A stretch of DNA of 54,938 nucleotides from Patescibacteria group bacterium (lineage in GTDB: Bacteria > Patescibacteriota > Minisyncoccia > Phycocordibacterales > UBA918): assembly GCA_039188945.1 (NCBI GenBank), contig JBCCYW010000005.1, forward strand, positions 1-54,938. The letters are read 5' to 3'. Under the pieces are notes generated by a model. It was not told where the DNA came from and ran no database searches. It was given only the letters and a program-made list of their open reading frames with translations. Shown in pieces: positions 41,128 to 53,800 of the stretch; the first letter of the stretch is position 1, and each line of letters begins with the position of its first letter. Both the position numbers and the translations under genes were made by a program.

Positions 41128-41616
41128 ATGAATAAATACGCAATCATTGTTACCCTTAGTATAGTAGGGATTAGTATTATCGGGAGCTGGTACGCTACCC
41201 ACCTAACCGACCAATATGTAGCTGCCGTAGAAAATGAGGTAGAGGCTTTAGAAGCGACGCTTGAACAAGCTATGACGCTACTTGGTGAAACAGCGGTCGA
41301 TACTGCTGCAGCTCACCAACTACATGTAAAGATGCATGGACATCTCAACACTATCAATGACCACCACCCAGCAGTAGGACTAACTGGATACACCGAAGAA
41401 CATACCATGAGCCTACAGGCAGCTTTAGAAAAATTAGAGGAGTTTCTGTTAACTCACGGCGATACGCTCCAAGCGCTTGATGAAGCAGCCGAAACTCAGC
41501 ATGTAGAAAACCAATTAGCTAAAAACAATAGTTCGGGAGCGCAACTCTTTCGCAAAATATCGAGCGGCATTGATGACACCAAAAACGTCATCACCGGTCA
41601 CATTGAAGATGTGTAG
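41128..41616 (+). CDS. membrane-anchored helical hypothetical protein (162 aa)
   Basis: Start trimmed to the ATG at 41128 (MNKYAIIVTLSIVGISIIGSWYA). Same size and TM-plus-helical layout as the divergent 159-aa gene. Confidence 0.6.
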   Translation: MNKYAIIVTLSIVGISIIGSWYATHLTDQYVAAVENEVEALEATLEQAMTLLGETAVDTAAAHQLHVKMHGHLNTINDHHPAVGLTGYTEEHTMSLQAALEKLEEFLLTHGDTLQALDEAAETQHVENQLAKNNSSGAQLFRKISSGIDDTKNVITGHIEDV

Positions 41617-41622
41617 AAAACA

Positions 41623-41859
41623 CTACTTTGTGAGTTGCCACACCGTGTAGAGGGCACTGACTGTTGCAAGTAAAAATACAAGCGACTGCGTGGTGCTGTC
41701 GACTGACCAATCAAAGTATCGGACGGAGTCGTACCAGACATAAATCACGAAGGTCAGAGCCAAACCGGCAAAAGCCTGACGGCCACGTATAACTGCTCGG
41801 ATACACAAGATTGCGATCACTACTTCAAGCGCAATAGCGCTTAGTTGTATGTATTCCAT
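41623..41859 (-). CDS. small 3-TM membrane protein (78 aa)
   Basis: ATG ORF 21 nt downstream of the giant-gene stop, on the same strand. Confidence 0.6.
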   Translation of the reverse strand: MEYIQLSAIALEVVIAILCIRAVIRGRQAFAGLALTFVIYVWYDSVRYFDWSVDSTTQSLVFLLATVSALYTVWQLTK

Positions 41860-41880
41860 ATATTCTCATCGTACCAGACT

Positions 41881-44800
41881 CTATTCTATTGACTCATCAC
41901 TGTCCCCGATTGGATCGACTGGTTCAGACTCCTCTTCAGAGACCGAGTCGTCTTCGACTGGCTCAGGATCAACTTCTGAATCATCGACTGTATCTTCTGG
42001 TTCGGGATCAACTGATTCTTCAACTTCCTCATCGACGGTTGGCGCACTGTCTTGATCTTCGGACGTAACATCATCAATCACATCTTCGACTGGCTCAGTA
42101 CTGGTGGCGGCATCATCGTCTACTGACGATTCGTTCGTAGTAGAGGCTGTGGTGGAACTGGTTGCATCTTGATCAGGGTTAGTTGGTTCTGTACTACCAC
42201 CGGCAGTATCACTGGTAGCAAAAGTTTCGGTATCAGTATTAGTCTCTGTCGTATCACTATCACCAGTATTATCGGTACTAATTGGCTCATTCGACTCACT
42301 ACCACACTCTCCTGGGTACGATACTAACTCACCACCAACTTCCACTTTGATACAATATGGCGCACCCAAGTCGTCGTAGAACGTAATACCACTTGGAGAG
42401 GCTTCGCTGCCGACCGTTAGGTTATCAACCACAATACGCTCAGCAAACAAATCATTAACGTATATCGCGGCATTAGCAACTTGGACACCCAGGTGCTCTA
42501 AGCGTGCGAGGACCAAATCAGCAATTCGATCCGCTAACTGCCCAATACTATCGGTGCTTGTGTCACTTGCTGCCAGCAGCAAGGACTCAGTGGACTGGGT
42601 ATCGGCTAGAAAACGGTCTACACCAATAGCGAGCTTACTCGCTGGGTCATTTTCAACCAACATCATAATGGTGTCGGCTGGGACGGTAGTAGTACCAATT
42701 AACTCAGCGAAGGCTGTGCTGGTTGCTCCCGTTGTCTCGTATGACTCAAGTGCGACACCAATCACATGATCAGTCGCTTTAGTTGAGCGCATCGCAACCC
42801 CTGGTGTCGTACTTGAAAGTGTAATGCGATCACCAGCGGCAATGACACCGTTATCAAAGTTAACCTTCACCGGCACCCGTCCAGAGAGCGCAACTGGACG
42901 CACTGCTTCTTCATTAAACTCATCTGGATTCACTGCGTACCCCATCACCATTGATGGAGCGGTTGAAATCACTCCAAGCTTATACGACTCATCGCCAGAT
43001 TCTGCTCGAGTGACATGCGTGACTGGATTGTCAGGATCCATCATAACGACCTCGCCAGCCTCGAGTGTCTCATCATCAGTCAAGAAGTTTTCCGCGAGGT
43101 CGAAGTTGTTGGCGTTAATTGCTCCATCAGCATCAATCTGACCAGTTGGAGTATTACACGTATCACCGGCACCATCTTTGGCACAAATACCCCCCACTAC
43201 CGTTAATTCTTCATCTGGAGAGGTGTCGTAAATACCAATAAAGCCAGTATCTCTAAGTGTCATCATGACGATATCATTGGCAGCAAACTGGAGATCATGT
43301 GTAGTTTCAGTACCAATAATTAACGAATTGGACACTGAGCTAGTGAAGCGCGTACCTGATGACCCTTCTAGACCAATATACGCCAAAGTGGTTGCGCCAT
43401 CTTGTCTAAAGACAATCCCCGGATTATCATTTTCGTTATTGTTGTCGGTGTCAGCTTCAATTGTTAACACAGAATCTCCAGCCGTTTCACTACTAATATG
43501 TAGGAGTGAAACTGGATCAACGTGCCCGATCGCGACTTCTTGGTCAGTGTTATCGATGGTCATGGCAACGGCATTATTGGTACCAAATTGCGTTCGCCAT
43601 GTATTGGTAGTACCAATCAAGAGTGAATTTGGTAGCGAACCAGTAAATGTATCGTTTTGACCTGCCTCGAGTCCGATAAATGCACCGATAGTGCCACCAT
43701 CTTGCTCAAGGATAATACTTGGGTTGTAGTCATCGTTAGTATTATCAGTGTCAGCCACAATTCTAAGGACAGCATCACCATCAGTTTCTCCAGAAATAGT
43801 CAAAAGATCGCTTGGAGTGGTCGTACCAATACCCACGTTTCCACCACCCTCAAAGTGTGCGACCACGCTTGCCATATTAAGATCACCACAATCACCGCCG
43901 CCACAGGTATCACCCCAGATTGAGAATGAATCTACAGAGTCATCCGGAATGTAGAGTCGCAAGTCTGACACGCCACCACTTTGCAGTGGCGCAAAAATAG
44001 CGGCGTCGTTCGTAAAGAACCCATCGGTGTAGCCGGTAATCACATCATTGATCCAAGAAGTATTGGTATTACCAAGTTGCAGACGATTAGTCATCGTAAC
44101 TGTACTTGAAGAGTTAACTTGCATCGCTAAGTCTCCACCAACCGTTGTGTTGTCTTGCTGTACGTAGAAGTTGATCTGCGTAGCAGCATTTCCCGCACTG
44201 GTGTTTCCACCAATATTTACCAGGTTATCAGTTGCGTTTGAAACTGCTGTTAAAAGTGTGAAGTTTTCTTCCTGATTATCGTAATGTGGTACACCAAAGC
44301 GCAAGTTCTTTTGGGTATCGTCAGGACGCGCATTGGTATCGAGTTGCGAGCCAGCTAGAATTCCCCACGAACCAGAGCCAGAACCATTGGTCACATCAAG
44401 CATCGCCCCTGGACTGGTGGTGCCAATACCGAGTCGGCCACCGTCAGCGATCAACACATTACCAGTGTTACCGAAGTATACATCAGTAAACTCACCATCA
44501 GTCGTACCAAAACCAGTTACCGGTCGGCCACCGATCGCCAGATTATCTTCATGAGAAACCAGGGCAGAATAATCAGTAGTACTGGCACCCATATTGAAAC
44601 AGATTTGGTCATATGCAGAGCAAGCACCTATCGACACCTGCCCTGTCCAACCATTAGCATTCTGATAGCCCATAAAGAATGGGCGCGAACCATTTTGTTC
44701 TTCTGCTGCAATCGTCAGCGTTGGACTGTACCCATGAGGCGCCGTTGTGACCGGACTGACCAACCCATTATTGATAAAGACCTGGTTATTGGTATACGAA

Positions 44801-47800
44801 CCATCGTTATCTACATGCAACTGACCAGTTGGTGAAATGGTGCCAATACCAACATTGCCATCGTAGGTGATATTTAAGATATCTTGCGAGACATTGTAGC
44901 CAAAACTGAAGTATCGATCGGCCGGAGTCGCAGAAGGATTATTTTTGACGTTAAACCGACTGTAGTCCCCGCGTTCGTCACGGTTGAAAATTAACCCTGT
45001 CTCCCCACCCGGCGTTGAAAGCTCGATCTGATGATCACCAAAGTCCCAGTCAATAATTCCGCCACTGACCACCAGCGCATCACCCGAATCAACCGTCGTC
45101 GTACCGACTCCCAGTCCGCTACTTGGAATACTTACATCACCTGTAGAACCATCTATGCGTAACGCTGTGGTACCAGAGTTATCACGATCAATGAGGAAAT
45201 TACCAGCTGCACCATCAAATGTCAGCCGACCTTGAGCATCTTGTGATTTCAGACGAACATCTACCCCACCGGCTCGCAGAAGTCGGAGCTGCGCATTGGT
45301 CGTATCATAAATATCAAGATCAATATCCAGTTCAGTCGTAGTTGTACCAATCGCTACTCCCCCTGTGTCGTAATAGATATCACTACCATTTTGAGTCCAT
45401 AAACCAGAGATACCCTGGACAGAAGTTGACGCTACCCACTGTGTTCCTGTACCAGTACTCTGCAAGATATAGCCGGCCGGTCCAGCATTATCCTGGCTGT
45501 CATAGTACGCTCCAGTAACATATAGATCACCGTCAACCGTCAACGTCCTCGATGCACTAGTAGTACCAATCGCAACACCATCATTCAGGCCATCGATGGT
45601 CATTAACTGATCAGCGCCGTTAAAGAAAGTGAAATCATTTGTACCGGTAGTAATAAACGACATATCACCGCCAAGCGCCTGCACGTTGTTGTCTGATAGC
45701 TGCAAGTAATTGACTCCGATGGTGCGTAATCCATCTACATAGGTTCGATCATCCGGACCAATATACAAGATTTTTTCCTGGTCATAACTCCGAGAGACAG
45801 AGAAATAGTCACTCGTTCGAGTATACGTACCGTCCTGATTTGCCATAATCGCCAGTTCCGTTGCTTCACTAGTATCGCCAACTACGCTCAGCCTCGCGCT
45901 CGGTGTAGTAGTACCGATTCCTACGTTGCCGTCAGTAGCAAGGTACAGTCGATCAATGATATTGTTTGAACCAAACGATATCGCATTACCAGCCTCAGCC
46001 CTGATCCGCCAGTCAGCGGTAGCAGTACTATCACTCGTACCCAAGGTACCAATTTGGTATCCACCCGGGTTAAAGAAAGCTAGGTTGCCCTGCAGTGTCA
46101 GTGGCGCCGCTACTGTTGAAGTGCCAATACTTACATTACCAAGATCGTAGTAGATATCGTTGCCATTCTCGGTCCAAAGACTACTTGCAGCACTAAACCC
46201 AAGGGTTGAGGTAGCAACCCACTGCGTTCCTGTTGCAGTCGACTGCAGGATATAGCCCGGTGTGCCAGAACTATATGTACTATCGAATAATGCTCCAGTA
46301 AGTGCCAACGAAGAAATAGTGGTCGTAGCCAGTGAAGATGTACCGATAACAAAGAGGTTGGCGAGGGTGCTCGTACCACTCACAGTAAGTTCTGAGAGTG
46401 TGCTTGACCCAGATACGCTCAACGTATCAAGGGCAAGATTCGTAATATCACCAGTCACGATTGCTTCTTCGTTCCAGAAGAGCTCACCACCCAAGTTGTA
46501 GAGGGCGTACTCCGTATTTTGTGGGGTGGTTGAGGCAAGGTAGGCGCCGCCTTGGACGGTCAACAAGTTGCGCGCGGTGGTAGTCCCAAGCGCAAAGTTA
46601 CCGGAGCCGACGTCCGGCCGGAGGTAGACAAGCTCAGTAGAGTTTTCAATATCAGCCTCTGGGGTGGCCTCGGTCACAGCCAAGTCATACTGCTGTACCT
46701 CACGTTCTGAACCATCAAGGACGTATATCGCCCGGCCGGCTGCCTCAAGTGCGAGACTAGCTGGTAACGTGCCCGGTGCAGTTGACGTACTTTGCGCTAA
46801 ACTGGCCGTGTTAACAGCATACGGTGAATCAAGGTCATACGCATAGACATTGCTATTGTCACCAGCCACAAAGAACAACTGTAGTCCATCAGCACTAAAG
46901 CGTAGACCCCTTGGATCACTCGTTTCGTCGAGTACCGTATCACTTGAGGTCGCAAAGGCAGCAGTTGATACATCGTACGGGGTGCTGAGATCGTACGTTG
47001 CGATTCCAGTTCCGCTACCAGAGACATACATCTGCGTACCACTTGGATTGAATACGGCGGCCCGCGGCTGACCAAATTCGTTCGCCGTCGACGTTGAGTG
47101 CACCAGCGTCGTGGAAGATATATCAAACGCCGCCGCTAAATCATATTCATAAATAGCACTTGGGGTACCCGAGACAATGTACAGTTTTGTACCAGCGGCA
47201 TTAAATGTGAGATCGTTTAGAAGAAACGGACCAGACGGTGGGAACGCCGTACTATTACTGATAGTCATCGTGGTGATGTTATACGGTACTGAGAGGTCAT
47301 ACTCATGCACCGAATTGGTGAAGACGCCGACCATAAATAACTTAGTCCCGTCGTTGTTAAAGGTAATACCAGTTGCTAGACCATCCTCGTCACCAATGCT
47401 GCTGGTAGCCGTCAGAGCGGCAGTTGTAACATCATAAAAACCAGAACCAGGCATAGCCGAAGCCCGCACCGCTACTTCCTCAAAGGCGAGGTCAACCGAG
47501 CGACCGCTCCAGAAGAGATCATCATTAGCATTATAAAGAGAACTTGAGGTGGCACTTGGATCACTACTCGCGATCGTGAGCGCATCGCTAAAGGTAGTCA
47601 GCTGCGCAAAGAGGCTTTCGCTGTAGGCATACAAGCGATCAAAAATACTCACGTCCCCATCAACCGTCAGTGTCGAAGTAGCCGTCGTGGTACCAATTGC
47701 AAGTCGCCCAGCTCCAACCGCTGGGTCTAAGTAAACTAACTCTGTTGAATTCTCAATGTCTTGTAGCTGTACCTCAGTCGCCGTCAGTGAGTATTCATAA

Positions 47801-50800
47801 AAATCTTCTGAGCCGTTATCAACAATGTACACGGCCGTACCAGAGGCATTAAAGTCCATTCCGACCGCAGTGTTAACGTCACTAGCGTCATTGGAACGCG
47901 AAAACGCAGCAGTTGAAATGTCATACGGTGTACTGAGGTCATACTCATAGAGATCACTGTCGCCATCGCCGAGTAAGAACATTTTAGTACCGTCGTTATT
48001 AAACTGATGACCACGAACGTCGCCATTAACAATATCTGTCGTAGTGCTTTGATTAAATACTACTGAAACCAAACTATATGGAGTAGTGAGATCGTATTCC
48101 CGAAGAGTATCTGTACCTGCGCCACTGACGTACAGCTTCGACCCGTCATTATTAAAGGTAACTGTACGAGGATCCGTTTCTGGTGTCGTCGAAACTGACC
48201 GCACATATGAAGTGGTCGTGATGTCAAAGACTATCGAAAGATCATACTCATGTACTTCTCCGAACTCAGTGCCAACTAAAAATAGTTTGGTGCCTGTATC
48301 ATTAAACTCAATATCGTACGGGTCATCTTCTTCTCCAGATAATATGACGCTGGTAGTAGAGAAACTGGCTGTCGAAACATCGTATGCCTCTGATAGATCA
48401 TATTCACGGATACGGCTAGCAGTATCGGTCAGTAAGAACAGTTTAGTACCATCATTACTAAAGCGCATACCTCGGTGCGTGCCATCAAGACCGGTGGTTG
48501 GATTCTGCACGTAGGTCAGGTTATCGAGATTAAATGAACCAGTCGTCACTGTTACAGCGGAAGTAGAGGCCACCTCCTCAAACGCGAGGTCAACTGTGCG
48601 ACCGTCCCAATAGAGATCACTTGCTAAGTTATAGAGCGAGCTTGAGGTCGCGCTTGGGGTGCTGCTGGCAATGGTGAGCGCATCTTCAAAGACTGCCAAC
48701 CGAGCGAAGACACTTTCACCGTAGGCATAGAGCTCATCGTATAGCGACGTTATGCCTGCTACCGCTAACGTGGAGCTTGGCGTACTGGTACCAATTCCCA
48801 CATTCCCATTCGCAGCTACGGTGAGGGTTGAGGTCGCTTCAAGATCACCACCATTATCGAAGCGTAGTGTCTGCCCTTCTAGACCAGCCCCGAGAAGGCT
48901 TAGAAGTTGCTCACCGTTAAAGTGTGCATTTCCACCGAGGTTGTAGAGCGCGTTGCTACTGTTTGCTGGCGTCGTAGACGCTAGATATATGCCACCTTCA
49001 ATGTTTAACAGGTTAGGAGCCTCAGTCATACCAATCGACAAGCGATCGTCACCAGTTGTTGGATTGAGGGTGGTTAACCGGATGTTTTCGTTAAACAGCT
49101 CGACCGGTGCACCACCATACGCTTCAATATTGTCACTGATGAGACCAGAGACATACACCGTGCTTGTCGCCAGGTTTACCCAGACTCCTCGTGGTGCTCC
49201 TTCATCGGCAGAAATATCATGCGAACCGGCTGGCAGCGCAGTGGTGATGTCAAATGGTGCCGATAGGGTGTAGTAATAGATAGTTCCTGCGTCATCGTAG
49301 GCCACGAGCATCTGGTAGCCGTCCTCGGTAAAGTCGACGTCACGCGGATTAGTGGTTGCATCAAGTGTGGTTGAGGCGTTAAAGCCAAGCGTGCTGAGAT
49401 CATACGGTGTCCCAAATGTGTACTCGACGAGGATATCGGAACTAAGACCCACCATATATAGCTTGGTTCCATTATTATTGATCGCGAGACCACCTGGACT
49501 CGTGTCTTCAATAACAATGTGCTCACCAATCCGTGAAGCGGTAGTGATATCAAAGGCACTTGAGAGGGTGTATTCATCAATCGCGTCACCATCGTTTTGT
49601 GAGATGTACATTCGCGTGCCATCACCACTCAGAGCAATACCGACCGCTATATTCGAGTGCGTCTCGATACTGGTTGAAGCCACAAAGCTCGCGCTTGTCA
49701 CATCAAATGCCGTCGCGAGCGAGTACTGGAACACCGTGTCATTTGCGGATGTACCAAGGCCACCAACCACGTACACCCTAGTTCCGCTGCTGTCGAAGGT
49801 GAAGTCTTCGATGCTATTGGTTTGTCCGCTCGCACTCATACCCACAGCTCGTTCCTCTATCGATACGCCGAATTCTCCCGTCGCTACAAAGCCATCACTA
49901 AACGAAGTAGTGAGAGAACCACCATCCCAGAACAAAGTACCGTCTTGATTAGCGAGCGCGCTCGAGGTGCTTTGCGTTGAGGTAGCCGCGATATAGATAC
50001 CGCCACCGACCGAGAGTGCGTTAGTATCGTTAGTAGTACCGATGCTTAAACGTTCAGACACATATGCTTCACCAATGACTTCGAAGATGGCGTTCGTAGA
50101 TGTTGCAAGGGCACCGATAAGCACGCTATAGGTTGAACTACCAGTGCGAATACTAGAGGTGGCGTTAAAGAATTCCCAGGTGTTATCTGAACTGATACCG
50201 AGCTGGTTACCGTTGAAGTAGAGATCTCCATTGATGTTGTAGAGTGCATCGGTCACACTTTGAGTGGCTGAATCAGCCAAGTAAATACCACCATTAACCG
50301 ACAAGATGTTGTTGGCCGTGGTTTGCCCGAGTGCCAAATAGCCAGTGCCGTTATCCGGATCGAACACCGTAATACTGTTGCCACTTGGTCCGCCGCCGCC
50401 GACAATTTCGGTTTCGGTTGTCGATGCTAGATATTGCGTGATACGGTCCTCACCCACTAAATATAACTTCTCTGCCTGCTCTGACACATAGATCGCACGA
50501 GCTTTTTCTTCTTCATCTGTTACTGCATATTCATTACCGGTCGCCACTGCGGTAGTTATATCGTAGGCAGTTGAAAGCGTATACTCGATAATAAAATCAT
50601 CATCAATCGTTGGGATAGGCGGTGTGCCGTCAATACCGTTATAGAGTAGGAACATTTGCTTTCCACTATCAGAAAATTCGATGTCGTAAATAAGTAAATC
50701 TCCAACTACCGGCTTGCTCACCGAGACGGATGTGCTAGCAGTGAAAGTCAGCGATGTAATGCTATATGGCGTAGTCAGTCTGTATTCGAGTATCTCTTGT

Positions 50801-53800
50801 TCATCAAGTGCCTTCTGTGAGACAACGAACAGCTTAGTACCATCATCATTGATACTCATACCCCGCGGTCGATTTGTTTCATTCAAAACGCTCGAAGAAG
50901 CTGTAAAACTGAGAGTAGTTAAGTCATACGGAGTCGAAAGATCATACTGATTTATTACGTGATCGGTGTCATCAGCGATAAAGAGACTACTCCCATCTGG
51001 ATTAATCGCGATACCAACCGTATCAAGCAAATCTACATCACTAATAGTCGTTGAAGCGGTTATAACAGCAGTGGTGATGTCAAACGGTACTGAGAGATCG
51101 TATTCAAAAATACTACTGTCATCACTTGGTGGTGCAGGAAACGGTAGGCCATCTTCTAAAGAACCAACAGCATACATCTTTGTACCAAGTGGACTGAATG
51201 CAACGTCAACTATTGCGCTGACAGGGGTAATGACATCGTAGGTGGTAGTTGGTGTTAGTGTATTAAAATCAATACCGACAGTGGTTGTCGAGAGAAGCTC
51301 ATCAGCTTCATAAAACGCGGTAGTGAGTTCGCGACCGTGCCAATTTAGGCGGTCATCTACATTGTAGAGCGTGGTACTGGTACTGACTGGTTGTCCGGAC
51401 GCCAATGTCAGTCCACCCGAGAAATAGGTTGAACCAATAACCTCGAGGATTGCATCAGACGTCGTAGCAAGCGCACCAATCAAAACGCTCAGGTCACGTT
51501 CTCCAGTCCGAACACCAGAGCCATTATTGAATAGCTCCCACGTATTACCTTCACCGATACTTAATTGGTTACCATTAAAGTATAATTCCCCACCCAGGTT
51601 GTAGAGGGCGTCGACGATGTTAGCTGGTGTTGTTGAAGCCAGATAGACTCCTCCATTCACACTCAAAATATTTGGGGCTGTGTCCTGACCAATTGCTAAA
51701 CGATCATCACCGTAGTCGGTATCAAGGTAGACCAAGTGCAAATCATCTTCGCGAACACCAGTAGTTTGACCAGTGTTGAACGAATGAATACTATCACCCG
51801 CCCCGAAGCCAGACTGCCCGCCGATCACCAAGAGTGCTTCGTCACCATTTACATAAACGGCTCGGGTCGCATTCTCGTCACTTTGGTGCTCATAGCTTTG
51901 CACCACCCCGCCAGCTGTACTGATGTCATACGCAATAGCCAAGTCACGGAGGTAGGTTGTATCGTTACCGTTATAGGTGACAAATAACTGCTGTCCACCT
52001 TCACCAAAGGCCACATCACGTAATGAAGTAGTATCTAAAAATGTGCTGGTGGCGGTTACGACCAGATCGCTAAACTGATTTGGATCTGGCAGCAGAAACT
52101 CAGTGACTGTATTCTGGATTCTGTCTGCTACATACACTTTGGTATCAAGGTCATTGAGGGTGATACCGACCGGGTCAACACCGTAGGACGCAATACTGAT
52201 CTTTGATTCGAGTGATAGTGTCGAAATATCGTATGGCGTACCGAACTCATACTGAGAGAGTGATTCGTCACCATTAGCACTAACATATACATAGTCACCT
52301 TCTCTACTTAACGCAATACCAACCGCACCGTTACTGAAAGTTTCAACACTAGTGCTAGCCACGAAAGATCGGGAGCTAAGATCAAATGGCGTACTCAAGC
52401 TGTATTGTATGATCTCACTGACTCCCCCCACTTCACCAGTAACATAGAGGTATCGACCATCGCGACTAAAGTCGAAGTCTCCTAAATTATTTGTCTGCCC
52501 GGTCACTGCAATGTCTTCTGCCAAACTCACACTGCTGAGATCAAGACCATACAATGTGGTATCGACATATGTTTCCGTAAAGGCGGTCGTCACCTGCCCT
52601 TCGTTCCAATACAGCAAATCATCTTCAGCGTAGAGAGTATTACTTTGATCGGTTGGCACACTATTATCTAGAGTGATGCCAGACTTTTCGACAGTCAGAC
52701 CAGCACTAGTGAGCTGTCCCTCAAAATCTCCGTCACCAAGAGCAACGATATCATTACCGACAAAGAGATCTGTTAGAACAGTCGCAAACGCTGATTGTAA
52801 GTAGGTAAAGAGTCCAGACGGTGCAGATACACTCGGAATACTGAACGCACCAATACCATTTTCGTCCCCGCCAACGGTGGCGAACATAGCCTCGGCTGTC
52901 GCAAACAAACTGGTTACTCCATTGAGTAATGTGGAGGTATCGTCAAACAATGAGTCGACAAACGTCGGTTCCGTTGGATCGCTCACGTCATACACGGTAA
53001 TCCCCTCATCAATATCATTCGCGGCAATATAGAGATGATCTGCAATGACGGCGGAATCAATCGGTCCAGTAAAGGCGCAGCCGCCGTCCGTATCACTATC
53101 ACAGGCTGCATTTAAAATACCGGTAATGTAGGTTGGGTTTACTGGATCGGTAATATCAAAGATAGAGAAGCCATTTTCCTCACCAGCAGTCACATAGAGG
53201 TAGTCGCCATCAACGGTGAGACTGGTCGGATTACCCATGATTCGGTCACCATCATCGTACACAGATGTCGCATGATACATGTTGCGCGGGTCAGCAATAT
53301 TAAGGACGGCAATCCCATCGTCAGTTTCCCCAGCCACAAACATATAGTCACCGACGATCTCCATATCTTGAGCATTATTCAATGCACAACTACCACTGTG
53401 GGCAGCATCACAAGCAAGATTGTCTAGAGCGTCTACAAATTGCGGATTAGCTGGATCACTAATGTCGATTACCACCACTCCGTCTTCTGAAGAACCGGCT
53501 GAACTCGTAAAGACATAGTCGCCGTGAATCTCTACATCTTGAATATCAATAAACAGACAACCGTCATTTTCTTGCACTAACGCTGAAGCCTGAGCATCAC
53601 ACGCGGAATCATCAAGTGACCCCAATACCGATGGATTTCTTTGGTCTGCAATATCAATAATAGTAATCCCGTTATCAACGGCACTACCCACCACTGCGAT
53701 GTCCCCTTCTACATCCACAGCTCGAGCACCATCGAGCGGTATACTTCCGGTATCGGTAACTGAACTGAGTTCAACCATATTGGCTGGATCTGATACGTCC

